From an uncultured Angelakisella sp. (GTDB lineage: Bacteria; Bacillota; Clostridia; Oscillospirales; Ruminococcaceae), in contig CAJUFR010000006.1 in the NCBI GenBank assembly GCA_910585525.1, positions 4,506 through 68,505 of the forward strand: a stretch of 64,000 nucleotides of DNA, given 5' to 3'. Below the pieces are notes generated by a model that saw nothing but the letters and a program-made list of their open reading frames with translations, ran no database searches and was not told where the DNA came from. Below are positions 63,478 to 64,000 of this stretch, in pieces. Position 1 is the stretch's first letter. Each line of letters opens with the position of its first letter. The position numbers were made by a program, and so were the translations under genes.

Positions 63478-63945
63478 ATGGAAGAACTGCTGGCCTGCGC
63501 CCTGCTGTACCAGGCGGGGCTCTTCCCGGCGGGCCCCTACCGGGAAACGCTGGATTTCCTGTTCCGGGACGACCCGGAGGACCCCCTTTTGCTGGAACTG
63601 GAGTGGACGGCCAAGGACATGGAGGCGTCGGTCTCCCTCCTGCAAGACGCCTGCGCCCGGCGGATGGAGGGATTTTCCCCTGACCGGTTCGGCCGGATGC
63701 TGATGGAGGGGCTGCGGGTCATCTTCGAGGAGGAGGGGATGGACCTCCGGGAGTTCGGCCGCCGGGCCTACCGGCTGTGGCAGCTGCTGCCGGGGCCGCT
63801 GCAAAAACAGCAGCCCTTCTGGTCCCTCAGCTACGCCGATGACCCCATGTCCTGGGGGGACGAGACCCAGAGCCGGGAACTCTACCGGGATATGCTGGCC
63901 TTTTACCAGCGGAAGACGGCGTTATCCGGTGACCACCTGGGCTAA
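63478..63945 (+). CDS. hypothetical protein
   Basis: Track ORF of 155 aa with normal composition and no motif I recognise. Confidence 0.55.
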   Translation: MEELLACALLYQAGLFPAGPYRETLDFLFRDDPEDPLLLELEWTAKDMEASVSLLQDACARRMEGFSPDRFGRMLMEGLRVIFEEEGMDLREFGRRAYRLWQLLPGPLQKQQPFWSLSYADDPMSWGDETQSRELYRDMLAFYQRKTALSGDHLG

Positions 63946-64000
63946 GGTGGCCCCTTTATAATAATGTAGCAGTATCTCGTCAAAGCCCCACCCCTGCCGG

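Noticed and set aside
1-64000. Prophage, IS element, integrative element or defence island (restriction-modification, CBASS, Abi, retron and similar)
   Set aside because: I saw no integrase, transposase, recombinase, phage structural gene, nuclease-helicase pair, cyclase or reverse-transcriptase motif in any frame I examined. The only foreign-looking DNA is the 1.8-kb low-GC islet.

Overview
This is a 64-kb chromosomal segment with Firmicutes/Clostridia-type gene content and order but very high G+C, probably from an Oscillospiraceae-like anaerobe (inference). All family calls come from motifs I recognise by eye; no searches were run.

I support about 72 protein-coding genes and found no rRNA, tRNA, CRISPR array, transposase or integrase. 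Most long ORFs in the track are antisense or out-of-frame shadows of real genes, and many real genes had to be trimmed to internal starts that have Shine-Dalgarno sequences.

Housekeeping content:
- thrC (partial).
- yraN-rnhB-ylqF-lepB-rplS.
- A split TIGR03960/TIGR03936 radical-SAM pair.
- A minus-strand run recX-azlCD-ydcF-rimO-pgsA-cysS.
- ptsH.
- ylxM-ffh-rpsP-KH-rimM-trmD.
- acpS-nnr-lipoprotein-mazF.
- glpK, pyrG and purA.

Accessory content:
- A BMP/ABC nucleoside uptake operon with two nucleoside hydrolases.
- An orphan MsmX/MsiK-type ATPase.
- A MATE pump, TetR, Crp and two MarR regulators.
- A MarR plus 4x PepSY pair.
- A three-lipoprotein operon of unknown function.

Most notable observations:
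1. A receiver domain fused to a RelQ-type small alarmone synthetase.
2. A riboswitch-like leader (promoter, nested helices, intrinsic terminator, then SD) in front of the three-lipoprotein operon.
3. A long SD-less structured leader in front of the MsmX-like ATPase.
4. An EndoA/MazF toxin with no antitoxin gene, in a locus otherwise syntenic with B. subtilis.
5. A roughly 1.8-kb low-GC island flanked by an 11-bp direct repeat. It carries a decayed trypsin-like protease and a tandem-domain membrane protein.
6. A hairpin-dense, ORF-free stretch of about 430 nt between the cysS stop and the first real terminator.

None of these is proven; each entry states what would test it.
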